A stretch of DNA of 60,800 bases, the filler included, from Sphacelaria rigidula (lineage: Eukaryota): NCBI GenBank assembly GCA_964200075.2. It is 7 parts of 7 records of this genome, joined end to end, with 100 filler letters (N's around TTAATTAATTAA, not from the genome) between each part and the next. Parts side by side here need not be neighbours in the genome. Positions count along the whole stretch, not along the records: positions 8,702 to 17,302 come from CAXNAA020010631.1; positions 17,403 to 26,002 come from CAXNAA020010632.1; 5 more parts are not named here. The stretch is one strand, 5' to 3'. Each line of letters starts with the position of its first letter. Position 1 is the stretch's first letter. This document shows, piece by piece, positions 12,584 through 24,441 of this stretch. Under the pieces are notes generated by a model, which worked only from the letters and a program-made list of their open reading frames with translations, had not been told where the DNA came from and searched no databases. The translations under genes and the position numbers were made by a program.

Positions 12584-13027
12584 AACACGGGATCTTACAA
12601 ATTAGGGATGGATCTCTTATTGGGGATGAGAAACCCGGAGAAATAAAATCTTCGTATCCACACCAAGTCTTCGAAATATGGTTCCATTTCTTCGCCAACT
12701 GACAGCATTTGACAACTGCTACACGCCATGGGAATTTGGATTTCGATCACCGAAATGTTGGGGTCCTAGGTGAAAAAACAATTTCGAAACCATTTTGGCG
12801 TCCGTTCGGACACCCGAAATTCCCCAAAATTGGTTTTTCATCTAGGACCCCAACGTTTCGGTGATCGAAATCCAAACTTCAATGGCGTGTGGCAGTTGTC
12901 AATAGCTTTCAGTAGGTGAAGAAATGAAACCATATTTCGAAGATGTGGTGTGGATACGAAGGTTTCAATTCTCCGGGTTTCTCATCCCCAATAAAATATC
13001 CATCCCCAATTTGTAAGATCCCGTGTT
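12584..13027. mobile_element. 444-bp near-palindromic MITE inserted in the gypsy chromodomain
   Basis: Termini AACACGGGATCTTACAAATT...AATTTGTAAGATCCCGTGTT, arms ~200 bp; perfect 4-bp TSD TACT (12580-12583 / 13028-13031). Confidence 0.93.
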
Positions 13028-15782
13028 TACTCCTCCGACCTGGGCCTGGCGCGTAACCTACCACTTTTTCGACGGTGTAGCGTTCTATTGTGGGCAACGT
13101 TCCGTCTGGTTGATATGTCTCTGGTAGGGGTATCTGTCTACCTAAGAACAACTCGCTCAACTTGTCAAAGTCTGGTGCTGGCGCGGTTTCTCGCGGGTGA
13201 TATTTCTTCAAATGAGCGAGATGTACTGACGTTTCCATAAAGCCGTCGCCTAACTTGATTCTCTATACAACCGGCGATCGTCTCTCGGTTATCGTGAACA
13301 GACCTCTCCATGGTAACTGGAGTTTGAGGTTCGGCCCTTCTGAATCTTGATACAGTCCATACAAAAGTACTTTTTGCCCCGGTTTACGCGCTGGGAAAGA
13401 TTTGAACTTGTCCTTGTTCTCTTGATCGTTCGCTCTTTTTCGTAGGGCTTGTTTCGCAATTTCAAATCCAAACTAGAGGTTTTCTCGTGTTTCATTGGAA
13501 AATTCATCGGGTGTTGCTGCTTGGCTCTCCTCAGGTATGCCGAGAATAATGTCAATTGGCAACCTGGGGTGTCTTCCGAACAACAAAAAATACGGTGATT
13601 CTTGTACTGTATTATGATAGGAGGTGTTGCACGCCATTTGGACGAATGGAAGCATGGATATCCACTTTTTTTGTTTCCGACTGACATATGCATAGCTAAC
13701 ATCGCGTACATAGTGGAGTGGACGCGTTCCGACACTGAATTACCGTGCGGACGTAGTGGTGTCGCACGAGTTTTATTGAAACCCAACTCCTCTTACAGTG
13801 CGTATATTATTTTGTTCTCGAACTCTGCGCCCTGGTCGGAGTGAAGCTTCACCGGGATGCCAAACGTCGTGAAAATTCTGTCGATAAGGGTTTTGGCTAT
13901 CACCGTGGCTTGTGTTTTCGGGACTGGAATGAGCAAAGCATACCTCGTGAGGTGGTTCATTACTGACAGTACATATTTGCAAAGTACCCCGGCAGCGGAC
14001 ATTGAAGTCGTTTCGTATTCGACCAGGTCAACCGACACTCGTTCATATGGCCTTTCTACCGGAACATGTCCCATTGGCAATTTTTGCCGGCGGGGCGTCT
14101 TTCGGTGTTGGCAACTTTGACATTCTAAGCACTAATCCTTTATTTCGCGTTACTTTGACATTCTAAGCACAAGTTGGTCACAAACTGTGCTTCGTTTTTT
14201 TAAGTGTCCCGGCAAGTAAGACTCGAATAAAATCCCGTCATGTACTGAACGATGTGACATCGATGTGATCGATTCTTTTTCTGGTGTCGGAGCATCTTTT
14301 TCCGTCATATATTTGATGTAGGGTCCGTACTCTAGTGCTTGCTCTTCTGGCAATTGTTTTGGGGTCGATTGACGTGAAGAGGTTCGCTGCGCTTACGTGT
14401 ACTGATTTCACGGTGAACAACTGTCGATCACTTTGCACCTGTTCCAAATTATCGAGCTTCTCAGCTGAAATCTGGAACTGATGTTGTGGCTTAGCTATTT
14501 GTAACTCAGGGTCTTCTGGGACGTTACGGCATATCGGCGTCAGCAACGGCTTGATTTCCGCTTCCTGTCGCTTTTCAAACGCGAACAGCCGTGAGAGAGT
14601 GTCTGGTACAACATGAAGTTTCCCCGGCTTATGTTTGACCGTAAAATCATACGACTGCAATGAAATCGCCCACCGGGTCAACATATTACTTGTATCTTGC
14701 ATTGCATACAAATATCGACGAGCGGCATGGTCTGTTACACACGTAAAGTGACGTCCCCACAAAAACGGTCTAAAATGTTGGATCGCTAGTACGACCCCGT
14801 AACATTCTTTCATGGTGGGCGAATAGCGGGCTTGGGCGTCGTTGAAACGTTGACTAAAGTATGCTACGATTGCATCGTCTTCGCCCTTCTTCTGGGAAAC
14901 GTAGGCCCCGGCCCCTCGGTCTGAAGCATCGACGTTTATGGTGAAGTCTTTCGTGAAATCTGGGACATGAAGGACGGGTGCCTCGGTCACTATTTTTTTT
15001 ATGTTTTCCGAAGGCTTCATCATGTTCAGTATTCCAGACTTTCGACACCTGTTTTGCCGCCTCTTTTTTCGTGAGGTCTACCAGTGGTGCTATGGTTGTA
15101 GCAAAGTTTGGTATGAGTTTCCGTACGAAACTCATTGCACCGAGTACTGATCGCATCTCTTTGATGTTGGTAGGTTTCGGCAAGTCGAGGATAGCTTTTA
15201 GATTTTCATCACTCACTTTGGTGCCATTTGCGGACAGTACATGGCCCAAGTATTTGACCTGCTCTGGACCAAATTGGATTTTTGTCGGCTTTAGCGTAAG
15301 GTCTACTGTTTGCAGTGCTTTGAACGTGCTTTCTAGTAGGGTGAGGTGACTCTCCCAGCTTGATGAACAACAAATTATGTCATCCATATACACTAGTAAT
15401 CCACTCTTGGGTCCAAAGTGTGCAAATGCTAGTGCCATTATGCGTGAAAAGAAAAAAGGTGAACACGCTAAACTAAATGGTAAACGGTTGAACACCCATT
15501 TCCCTCTTTGAGTTACAAACGCTGTTTTCTCTTTTTCGCTCTCTGCCACTGGTATCTGGTGGAGTGCACTTTGTACATCGTCAACTGTTATGAATTTTGC
15601 CCCCGCTACTGTGTCTATGTGACTTTCGATAGCTGGCATGGGCCATGATTTGCGAATCAAGTTTATCTTGTCGTTGCTCGATAATCTACTCAAAATCGTG
15701 CTGTTCCGTCTGCTTTTGCGATTATTGTAACTGCTGATCCCCACGGGCTCGGGCGTTGTTCGACTATACCATCTTTTCCCAT

Positions 15783-16032
15783 GACTGCTGTCGAGATAGC
15801 CCCCCCCCCCAAACCGGCCAAAACTGTGCACGAAGGCGATGATCATAAATGCCGTTAGAGCTGGTGTCGTGTTCCACGACGCGACCTATTTGGGCGTTAT
15901 AGCTGATTTCGGACTGCTACAAGCCTTTCATGTGGGCGGGATTGCTGCAAATGAGCTCAATAGTGGGATCGCAGCCGGTTTGTCGGACGGTCTCCCGTGC
16001 ATTTTTTGTGGGGGGCTATCTCGGCATTAGTC
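15783..16032. mobile_element. 250-bp MITE (GAC...GTC termini, poly-C/poly-G TIRs) inserted in gypsy RT
   Basis: gactgctgtcgagatagcccc...ggggctatctcggcattagtc; TSD CCAT both sides; removal restores VDQMGKDGIVEQRPSPWGS. Confidence 0.88.
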
Positions 16033-16664
16033 CCATCTGATCGACGTATTTGTCGATTGCGTCCTGCACTCTGGGGTTTGCTCTAAATGGAGCTCGCACT
16101 ACCGGCTGAGTCCCAGGTTTGAGCGGAAAACGTGCTTCATCTAACGTACAACAGCCCAACTCCTGCGGAGTAAGTGAAAACACAGAATGGTATTTTGCGC
16201 AAAGATCCAGTATTTGAGAGCATTGTTCCAGGGAAAAGGTCGTATTTTCGAAAGCTTTGCGTAAAGCTGGATGTAATTCCTCTTTCGCACTTTCTCTCTC
16301 TGACACCTTATTTCCCGCCATTGCACTGACTGTGGCTGGTTTTGTTTCTCGTACTGGGGTGATATAGCCTGAAATCGTATTACGTTTCTGGTTCACACAT
16401 GTCGGTTCGACGGGTTGGCGATTTTGTACCATTTTGTACCATCGCCGCTATATTTGTTGGCAACTATGTACACACTGTCCTTGCAACGATGATGCGCGTG
16501 AACGTTTGGGGCACATCGGGCGATCGAATATTTTCTTTGATTATTATGCGTGGCTCTACGACGGCTGCTGTTGTTTTCGACGGGGTATTTTCCGTTTCAA
16601 CTAATTCTGTCATCTCACTCTGCGGAGAGGCACATCGCATTTCTTCGTGAGAGAAACTGGAACA

Positions 16665-17109
16665 AACACGGGATCTTACAAATTGGGGATGGATCTTTTA
16701 TTGGGGATGAGAAACCCGGAGAAGTAAAATATTCGAATCCACACCAAATCTTCGAAATATGGTTCCAGTTCCTTGCCTACCGATAGCCATTGACAACTGC
16801 TACACGCCATAGTAATTTGGATTTCGATCACCGAAATGTTGGGGGTTCTAGGCGAAAAAACAATTTCGGAACCATTTTGGTGTCCGTTCGGACACCCGAA
16901 ATTCCCAAAAAATGGTTTTTCACCTAGGACCTCAACATTTCGGTGATCGAAATCCAAATTTCTTTGGCGTGTAGCAGTTGTCAATAGCTATCCGTAGGTA
17001 AGGAACTGGAACCATATTTCGAAGATTTGGTGTGGATTCGAAGATTTTACTTCTCCTGGTTTCTCATCCCCAATAAAAGATCCATCCCCAACTTGTAAGA
17101 TCCCGTGTT
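16665..17109. mobile_element. 445-bp near-palindromic MITE, copy 2
   Basis: Same family as 12584-13027; TSD AACA (16661-16664 / 17110-17113). Confidence 0.93.
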
Positions 17110-18499
17110 AACAGCGTTTGAACAGTTCACACTGACTACAGAACAATGCGTCGTTCCGGGGTGTGTTGTATTTTGTGAACGCTGCTGTTTTCGATGCGAT
17201 GCTTTGGTTTTTATGCTGCAGTCGAGTCATCCTACGATATAGGGGGGGTATTTGGTTGCACGAAAAAAGAGGCTCATAAATGTGTCAGACATCCTTCCAC
17301 ACNNNNNNNNNNNNNNNNNNNNNNNNNNNNNNNNNNNNNNNNNNNNTTAATTAATTAANNNNNNNNNNNNNNNNNNNNNNNNNNNNNNNNNNNNNNNNNN
17401 NNAAAAAAAAAAAAAAAAAAAAAAAAAAAGTCAAAAAGAGAAACAAAGAAAAAAAAGACGGAAAAAAAAAAATCAACAAAAGCAAAGCACCGAAAAAAAT
17501 GGCCGATCTAACAAAAAAGAAAAGAAGAGGAAATCAAAGAGCAAAAAAAAGAGAAAAAAAACATGAAATAAAAAAATAGCGTACTTGGATACACTTGGTT
17601 CAGGAAAGGTGGATCCAACCGACCCCGATTAGTAGGTCCGCTTTTTTTTTTTTTCTGATACTGACTCCCCTTGCATGCCTTTCCCTTCGCAACGATTGCG
17701 ATGCTGATTGTATTGCCATGGAAGACCGTAGCCGACCCTTACCTGACACTGAACACCCTGTGCTTGGGGACCCTTGGAAGCCGGTCCGACGGCCAAGATC
17801 CCAGAGCCTAGACAACGCCTTTCGTAAGATCAAATCCGACAGCAAACCCGCACCAAAACTCTCGCACCTGCCCCTCCCTCCCCCCCATTTGTTCTGATGA
17901 TATTTTATGACACTCCGACCGTCTCAAAGGAGGATTTTTCTCTCATGTCTTCTTGACGTCTCTCATTGTTTTTTTTTTTTTGTCATTCTTTTTTTGTTTT
18001 CTCGGAAGAAACCGCTCAATGAGCGCTTCCATCTATATTCACGAGCTTGTGCGGGCCGGCGTCCTGACCATCAATAGCAAGCTCTGAAAAACCGACTTCT
18101 CGTGTTTCTTGTCTGAAGTCGTCGAAATACCAAACCGTGATCTATTAAGCCGTTAATAAGGATTTGGGACTTCTGTGGGTCTACCCTCTAGATCTTGCGC
18201 GCACAGGGGTGATCATGCGTGAGGAGTCGAGCGATTGAGAAGAAGCGAACGATGCTTTTGATGATTTCATGCTTCTCCGCCGGCAGTATCCTCTGGTCTC
18301 TTGCTCACAATCCCCCATCCACTCACCGCCCTTGCTCTATTGTCGTGGTGGGTTATACATGTATACATGTGTGTCGAACTTGCTCTTGAAGCCGTGATCC
18401 CCGCGATCGCCTTCACCGTCCCTCGCAGATCTTGTTTGCCAGCACAGTACGGTACATAACACCCCCTCCAGCACACACAAGCACACCCCCTCAAGCACA

Positions 18500-18581
<82 letters not shown>

Positions 18582-18612
18582 GCACACACACGCACGCACG
18601 CACTACGCACAG

Positions 18613-19022
18613 GTCGCGACTTGAGGGCAGGAGGCACCTGGCTGGGCGTGAGCCGCTGCGGAAAATTCGGCAGCTTGACCAACATCACGTCGACGTGGGG
18701 ACAACTCCTCGTGTTCGCAGAAAATCACGTTAAATCCACATGCTTCGCTTCGGCGGCCATGATGATAGCAGCGGCCGCCGCTGCCGCCGTCCCGCTCGTC
18801 CAACCGCAAGCGATAGAAGAGGGGGGGACGGGTTCGGCGGCTAGGTCGAGTGCGGTTGGTGTGGCTGCGGGGATGCTGCTTGCCGGGTTGGTGACTGCGT
18901 CGGTTGGGATAGCGTCCGCGAGGCGAAGGGCATCGCGCAGGAGTCGAGGGGAACTCGTATCCGAATTTTTGAAGAAAGGGAGTCAAGAGAACGCGGAGCA
19001 GTACTGCAAACGCCTGTATAAG
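18613..19022 (+). CDS. TANGO2: TANGO2/NRDE-family protein, internal exon 1 in window
   Basis: cacag acceptor, GRDLRAGGTWLGVSRCGKFGSLTN ... SRGELVSEFL ... AEQYCKRLYK, gtgggt donor; hallmark TANGO2 motifs; the N-terminal NRDE exon is not seen on this contig. Confidence 0.9.
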
Positions 19023-19237
19023 GTGGGTGGGGGCATTACTGTTTCCGTTGCGATGACACGCCTGCAGCTGGGTGTGTGTTAACGTTGGCCAGGGAGATCG
19101 CGGCGGGTTGTGGACTGTACAGCTTTTTCTCGATTCGATGTGCCAAAGTCAGTATTCATCTTGCTCTTTGTCTTTGTCAAGGGAGGTGGATGAGAGCATA
19201 TAAAAGTGAGACCACGGTGATTGTGGGACGTGTGTGT

Positions 19238-19268
<31 letters not shown>

Positions 19269-19273
19269 CTGTC

Positions 19274-19321
<48 letters not shown>

Positions 19322-19499
19322 CATCCTATCTATTCTGGACGCCGGTCTACTCCGTTCGGTGTATGTGGGCGCACCAGCCGGGGTGACAACAAGAGGAGGG
19401 CCAGCACAGGAGTTTTTTTTTTGTTGGATGTCAACCTTCCTTCTGCGGTGCTTGCCTTTATTTTTCATGTGTGTACAAGCTGGGCTGCCCAAGATGCGA

Positions 19500-20170
19500 A
19501 CAGGAATGTTGACACGCGAGTCGTGGGCTCAATTTCAAATCGTTTTCGATGAAATTTTGACACAATGTAATGGACGTATGTGCAAAGACCCAACCTTTCA
19601 CCCCATGTTTTTTCCTTATCTTCGTAAGTTGTTGGCAACGAAATATCCCATAACAGGTTTTTCGGACAAAATTGCCATTAGCTCACGAAGAAAAGAACAA
19701 AGACATGGGGGGAAAGGTTGGGTCTTCGCGTGTACGTCCTGTACATCGTGTCAAAATTTCATCGAAAACGATTCAAAATTTTGCGCAAAACTCGCGTTGT
19801 TCTGTCGTAAACCGGTTCCTGTAGTATCTGGAGATGGACCAGCCACGAATAATTCAAACGCAATTATGCTGTTCAATTTCAAGTTGTTTCCGATGGAATT
19901 TTGTAGCGATGTACAGGACGTATGTGCGAAGACCCCCTTTAAACCCCCTCTGTTTGTCTTTTTCTCTCTTCGTGAGTTATTGGCAATTTTGTTCCAGGAA
20001 AAAACTGTTCTGAAATGTTCCGTCGCCAATAACTCACGAAAAAAAAGTAAAACACGGGGGAACGAGGGGGTGTTCGCACATACGTCCTGTACATCATGTC
20101 AAATTTTCATCGAAAACAACTGAAACTTCAGCTCGGGAATTGTGTTATTGTCTCGGAACCCGGTTCCTGT
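19500..20170. mobile_element. Two tandem ~320-340-bp palindromic MITE-like units in TANGO2 intron
   Basis: Unit 1 ACAGGAA...TTCCTGT (19500-19822); unit 2 ends ccggttcctgt (20170); each has internal arms such as tcgatgaaattttgacac / gtgtcaaaatttcatcga. Confidence 0.75.
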
Positions 20171-20829
20171 GCGGAGATGGAACCTCAGCCGGAAGTTCGC
20201 CTCTGACTTGTCTTCTTCCACTTTCGGCTCGGCGGTCTTCACAAACTGCTCGTTGGTTCGCACACTACTACCAGACGCCTTGGCGCGCTGGGGGACTCGT
20301 TTTTTGTGTCATCTTGGATACTGCGCGCCTAGTGCGATATGTGTTGTTGTACAATCGCAGCTTATGCGGCACCACGCGGCGCAATCGACTGTAACCGAAA
20401 AATCCAATTTAGGCCGTTTTCTATTGGCTAATTCCGCTGCACATGGTACCCTCAACTATCTACACTTTCGCATTTGACTACAATTTGGCATTTCGTTTGA
20501 TGAAACCTTGTCGGATCGCAGTGCTACATGGATTCGAAGACGCGCGCTGATTTGCCGATTACCACGATGTGTCGTGGTAGGCACAACTCGCGATACATCG
20601 TCAGTTAGAGCGGGCTGAAGGAAAGTATGCATCGTCAGTAAGAGCTTCTTAGGCGGCCCAGCCTGTATGTGTACCTTGTTTGGGTGATTTGGGGGTCGTG
20701 TGATATTATTCTGACGTCGGTTGCTTTACCCGAGCTGTCCCTTCCGTGTGTATATTTTATATACTGTAGTCGAACGTAATGTGCATTTTTTCTAAGTTCT
20801 GAATTTCATCATTATGAATCGGTATATTT

Positions 20830-21080
20830 CACACCCTGAACAATATGTGGCCAATGGTTGCAATAGAAGAAAAATAACTGCGTAAAGTGTAGGCCTATTG
20901 CAACTATTGCACATCCTGTACAAACTGGGTGAAGTAAAGGCCCACATTGTAACTAACTATTGTCGGCAGACAGTAGGTGCGATGGGCCTATACTTTACCC
21001 AGTACATTTTTGTCTATTGCATCTATTGACCATAAATTGTACAGGTTGTGAACTATTGACCACATAGTGTCCCGGGTGTG
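20830..21080. mobile_element. CACACCCTGG-terminal MITE family (many copies)
   Basis: TIR cacaccctg...cagggtgtg with tactgcgtacagt/ctattgca internal motifs; copies at ~3618-3765, ~5788-6023, 24815-24965, 44315-44417, ~44751-45023, 47057-47196, ~47383-47540, 47709-48295; no consistent TSD read. Confidence 0.75.
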
Positions 21081-22149
21081 GTGTATTTCCAATCGGTGTA
21101 TCGCTTGATGCTTGAGCGCATCACATTTCACCACTGTGTTGGGTTAGACGACCGGGATAGTTAGCCCTCTGCTCTTTCTCGCTCTTTTTATTTTATTTTA
21201 TTTTATTTTCCTTTTTTGTTTTAGTTCTGCAATTTCTTCCTGTGCTTTGCTTTTGTTGACTTTTATTTTGTATTTTGTATTTTGTATTTTTACTTTTTAC
21301 TTCTTACTTTTTTCACGTCATGATCTGCTATGTCGTTCTGTTCGACTTTTTCTGTTCCTTTTTTTTCTTCAGCGAGTGTTTCAGTTTTGTTTTTCTCTCG
21401 GGTACGACTGGATCCCGGAGGGCCAGTTAAAGTGCGACAATCAATCAACCAATAAATCAGTCAAACTGTCGCCCATAGTCAGTCAGTCACACAGCACTAA
21501 CAGTATCAGTCTCTGCGAAACTGACAGCGAAAACTAGTCAGTTACTCGTACCAGCACCAACCGTACGAGGCAAGGCCAGAGACAAGTTGACAGCCCCAAC
21601 TAACGAACTCGCAGTAAAGCACAGGTGTTCAGTCGGGAGTATTATGAATGAAATTGCACATTGCTCACAGAGGACCATGGCAGCACACACTAACGCTAAA
21701 GTAAAATACCCATCACTGGTGAACTCATGTAAACCCCGCCTTGTGCGGAGGAGAAGGCAGATAGGTATGGAGACGAGTGGACAAGAAGATAAGATTGAAT
21801 GGCCGTGATGGGGACGGTGTTGCGCACCACTCAGAATCACGTTCCAATTAATCGCTGTGGGCACTTTTTTTTTCAAGATACAAAGAAAATTATCAGGTGC
21901 AATTGCGTGCACGTATATCCCAAAACAACGAATTGGATGCAAGACCTCTTTCATCAATTTGGGAATCATGACTCGACATTAGCCGCGAGGAAGAAGTGAA
22001 GTGGATTAATCGGTGTCGCCGCGGGCAACGGCGCGCACCGTCAGGGGCCGTTGACGTTCAAGCTGCCGGAATTCCTCTATCGTCATTTCCTGCCCTACTA
22101 CCGCAGTCATTTACCATAATTCACGACAAATCCCTGCGCACACAAACAG

Positions 22150-22299
22150 GAGCGATGGCGATATGAGGGCTTTAACCTTGTGCTCGCTGACTCGAGCGGG
22201 GCTTGGGTGGTGAGCAATGAAGATGAGGCTGGAGTAACCCGTCTCCCTCCGGGTGTGTACGGCATCAGTAACGGTACTCTGGACGAGCCTTGGCCCAAG
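22150..22299 (+). CDS. TANGO2: TANGO2/NRDE-family protein, exon 2 in window
   Basis: aaacag acceptor; ERWRYEGFNLVLADSSGAWVVSNEDEAGVTRLPPGVYGISNGTLDEPWPK; gtgcgt donor; phase 0 matches previous exon; YxGFNL and GISNxxLDxPWPK motifs. Confidence 0.92.
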
Positions 22300-23694
22300 G
22301 TGCGTGCGTGCGTGCGTTCGCTCTGCAGCATACTACAGCTCCCATCGATGATTCGACAGCGAATCGATGTTGTCATTTTCTAGTGGTTTTCTGTATGCCA
22401 AAAGCAAAACGATGGAGCCATCCTACGCCAGGGAGTGTACTCGTGAGATTTGCGTGCCGTAGTCATGAGACCATTGGCCTCGTGTATCCCTACAAAATCT
22501 GGGGGCGGAGCACGCCGGGTTTTTGCAGAACCAGGGTCGCAATCAATTACCAAGCGCGAAGCTCCGTGATGTGTTCGGTGAGTTGCATGAGGGCTGAGTT
22601 GTATCCTACCAAGATTATTCGGCCCGAAGCGTACTGATCATCTTGCATATGGATGACAGCCTCGCATGAGTTGCTTCATTTTATGGTGTCGCCGCTTCCG
22701 GAGACAGTCACGGGCTACACCACCTGAGAGGGTGTCTCATCATTTAACCACTACGTAATACGATCATCCTCTTTGCGCCGACTCGAGATTCTTTACCCTG
22801 CACAATATGATATAACTCAACCACCATTATGCTTACCGCACCGCAAGAAGCTAGGGGAGGGGAGATGGGAGGGGGGGGGGGGGGGGGGGTCCTCTTTTGT
22901 TTCTTGCCTTGTTTGTTTGACTTTTGACCCCGCATCCCTTTCGAGCGGGGGGGGGGGGGGGGGGGGGGTGTGCGTACTCATTTGTTGCTTGCCTTAGTCG
23001 TTTGACTATTGACCACGCATCCCTTTCGAGACGGAGATGGGGGGAGGGGCGAGGGTCACTTGCTGCCGGAAAGTCGTTCCTATCTAGAACGCTAACATGA
23101 AAGCAAACACGCACCCCTATCTTGTCCCGGCTTCGAAGGGATGCAGGGCCAATGGCCTCATGGTTACGGCATGCAAGATCATGAGTACCCCCCGTCCCAT
23201 CTCCCCCGTCCCCCCCTAGCATGGGATGGCTCGTTTGCGTCATGTTTTGTGTGTTATGAAAAATCTTCTACAGCCCATCAAAATCTCAAAATCTTGGTGG
23301 TCAAAGGGTGTGTGCCCTGTGTGGCCATGACGGCGGTCTGTCTGTTTTGCACAGGCCTAAAGTTGCTTGCAGTCGTCGGCTTGCTTGCGTTGCGAAGGTT
23401 GAAAAAACCGACGAACCTGGTACAGATCTCGTGCAACAAAGATTAAAAAAATCAGGAGCGCGGTTCGCTTCTGAGAAACGTAAAATTGAGCCATGGCTCA
23501 AATGTCTTGAACCATGGCGGTGCTGAACTATGTGGTTTCCCATTTTTGTAGTTTTATAGGGATTTATGTGCGGCCTCCGATGGAATCTCGTTTACCAGGC
23601 CAAAGCTTACATTTGAAGAAACGAAATCTTACTTATCTACGCGTCTTTTGTTCAGGTGCGGGCCGGTTCTGTAAGGAAGACAATAACAGCGTTT

Positions 23695-23966
23695 GACTAA
23701 TGCCACGAGAGCCCCCCCCCCCCAAAAAAAAAAAAGAAGCCCAAAACTGTCGGGAAAAAATGATGATACAGCGCGTAATGTTCGGTTTCAGGCTGCATGA
23801 AGCGTTTCATGTCGGCGACATTGGCGAAAACGATCCCAAGCGTGGGAATTCCCAGCTGCTCGTTGTGCTCGGCTTTGTTTTTATTTACGTGTAGGTTTTG
23901 CCTCGCCAAACAAGCCACGTTTTTTTCGGCGGCGGCGGCGGGGGGGGGGGCATCGTAGCATAAGTC
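23695..23966. mobile_element. GAC-terminal poly-C/G TIR MITE
   Basis: gactaatgccacgagagcccc...ggggcatcgtagcataagtc; flanks gttt/gatt; related to 15783-16032, 34803-34946 and 47838-48282. Confidence 0.75.
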
Positions 23967-24044
23967 GATTTGACGGTTAATACACGGGAATAACCATTTC
24001 GTTTTATCCGTAGTGTATTGATGTATATGAAAGATGCGTTCCTC

Positions 24045-24083
<39 letters not shown>

Positions 24084-24299
24084 TGTGTTTCCACCCCCGA
24101 GCATGTCTCACGTTTTTTTCAGATATTTCCCCTGTCGACGGCGTTCGAGTTTGAGCAACATGTCACTATTGGGATAGCACTGGTCACTTGGATCCTAAAC
24201 AAAAACAACACCCTTTTGGTTCTTGTTTCGGTGAGACTCTAATATTTCGTATTCTGTATCTGTGTGCCCTTTGCGCTCGGTGTCATTTCACTGCCGCAG

Positions 24300-24441
24300 C
24301 TTCTTCATGGCAAGTCCCGGGTGCTGGACGTGCTTATGAGGGTGTCATCAGATCCGACGGTTACGGAGGATGGTCTAGTGGATTTGCTGATGGATGTGCT
24401 AGCGGATGAACGCCACTGTCCGGCGGCCGTTCCAGCTAAGA
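24300..24441 (+). CDS. TANGO2: TANGO2/NRDE-family protein, exon 3 in window
   Basis: ccgcag acceptor; LLHGKSRVLDVLMRVSSDPTVTEDGLVDLLMDVLADERHCPAAVPAK; gtgagt donor; continues PWPK-xxxGK and ends in L..VL.D as in TANGO2; C-terminal YGTR exon not found. Confidence 0.8.

Larger units (their letters stand above)
12440..17302 (-). mobile_element. Decayed Ty3/gypsy LTR retrotransposon pol (RT-RNaseH-integrase-chromodomain; chromovirus-like)
   Basis: RT: SPWGSAVTIIAKADGTARF*VDYR, ITVDDVQSALHQIP, KTAF, RLPF, LVYMDD (15379-15390), KYLGH; RNase H: INVDASDRGAGA, ARYSPTMKECYGVV, VTDHAA; integrase: VSVDLV, LHSDQGAEF, GNSVSERVHST; chromodomain YTVEKVVG...YKYRLRLKGYG; many frameshifts and stops; LTRs not identified. 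Confidence 0.95.

Noticed and set aside
19221-20123. 300-aa ORF
   Set aside because: Runs through a microsatellite, a SINE tail and palindromic MITEs; no protein features
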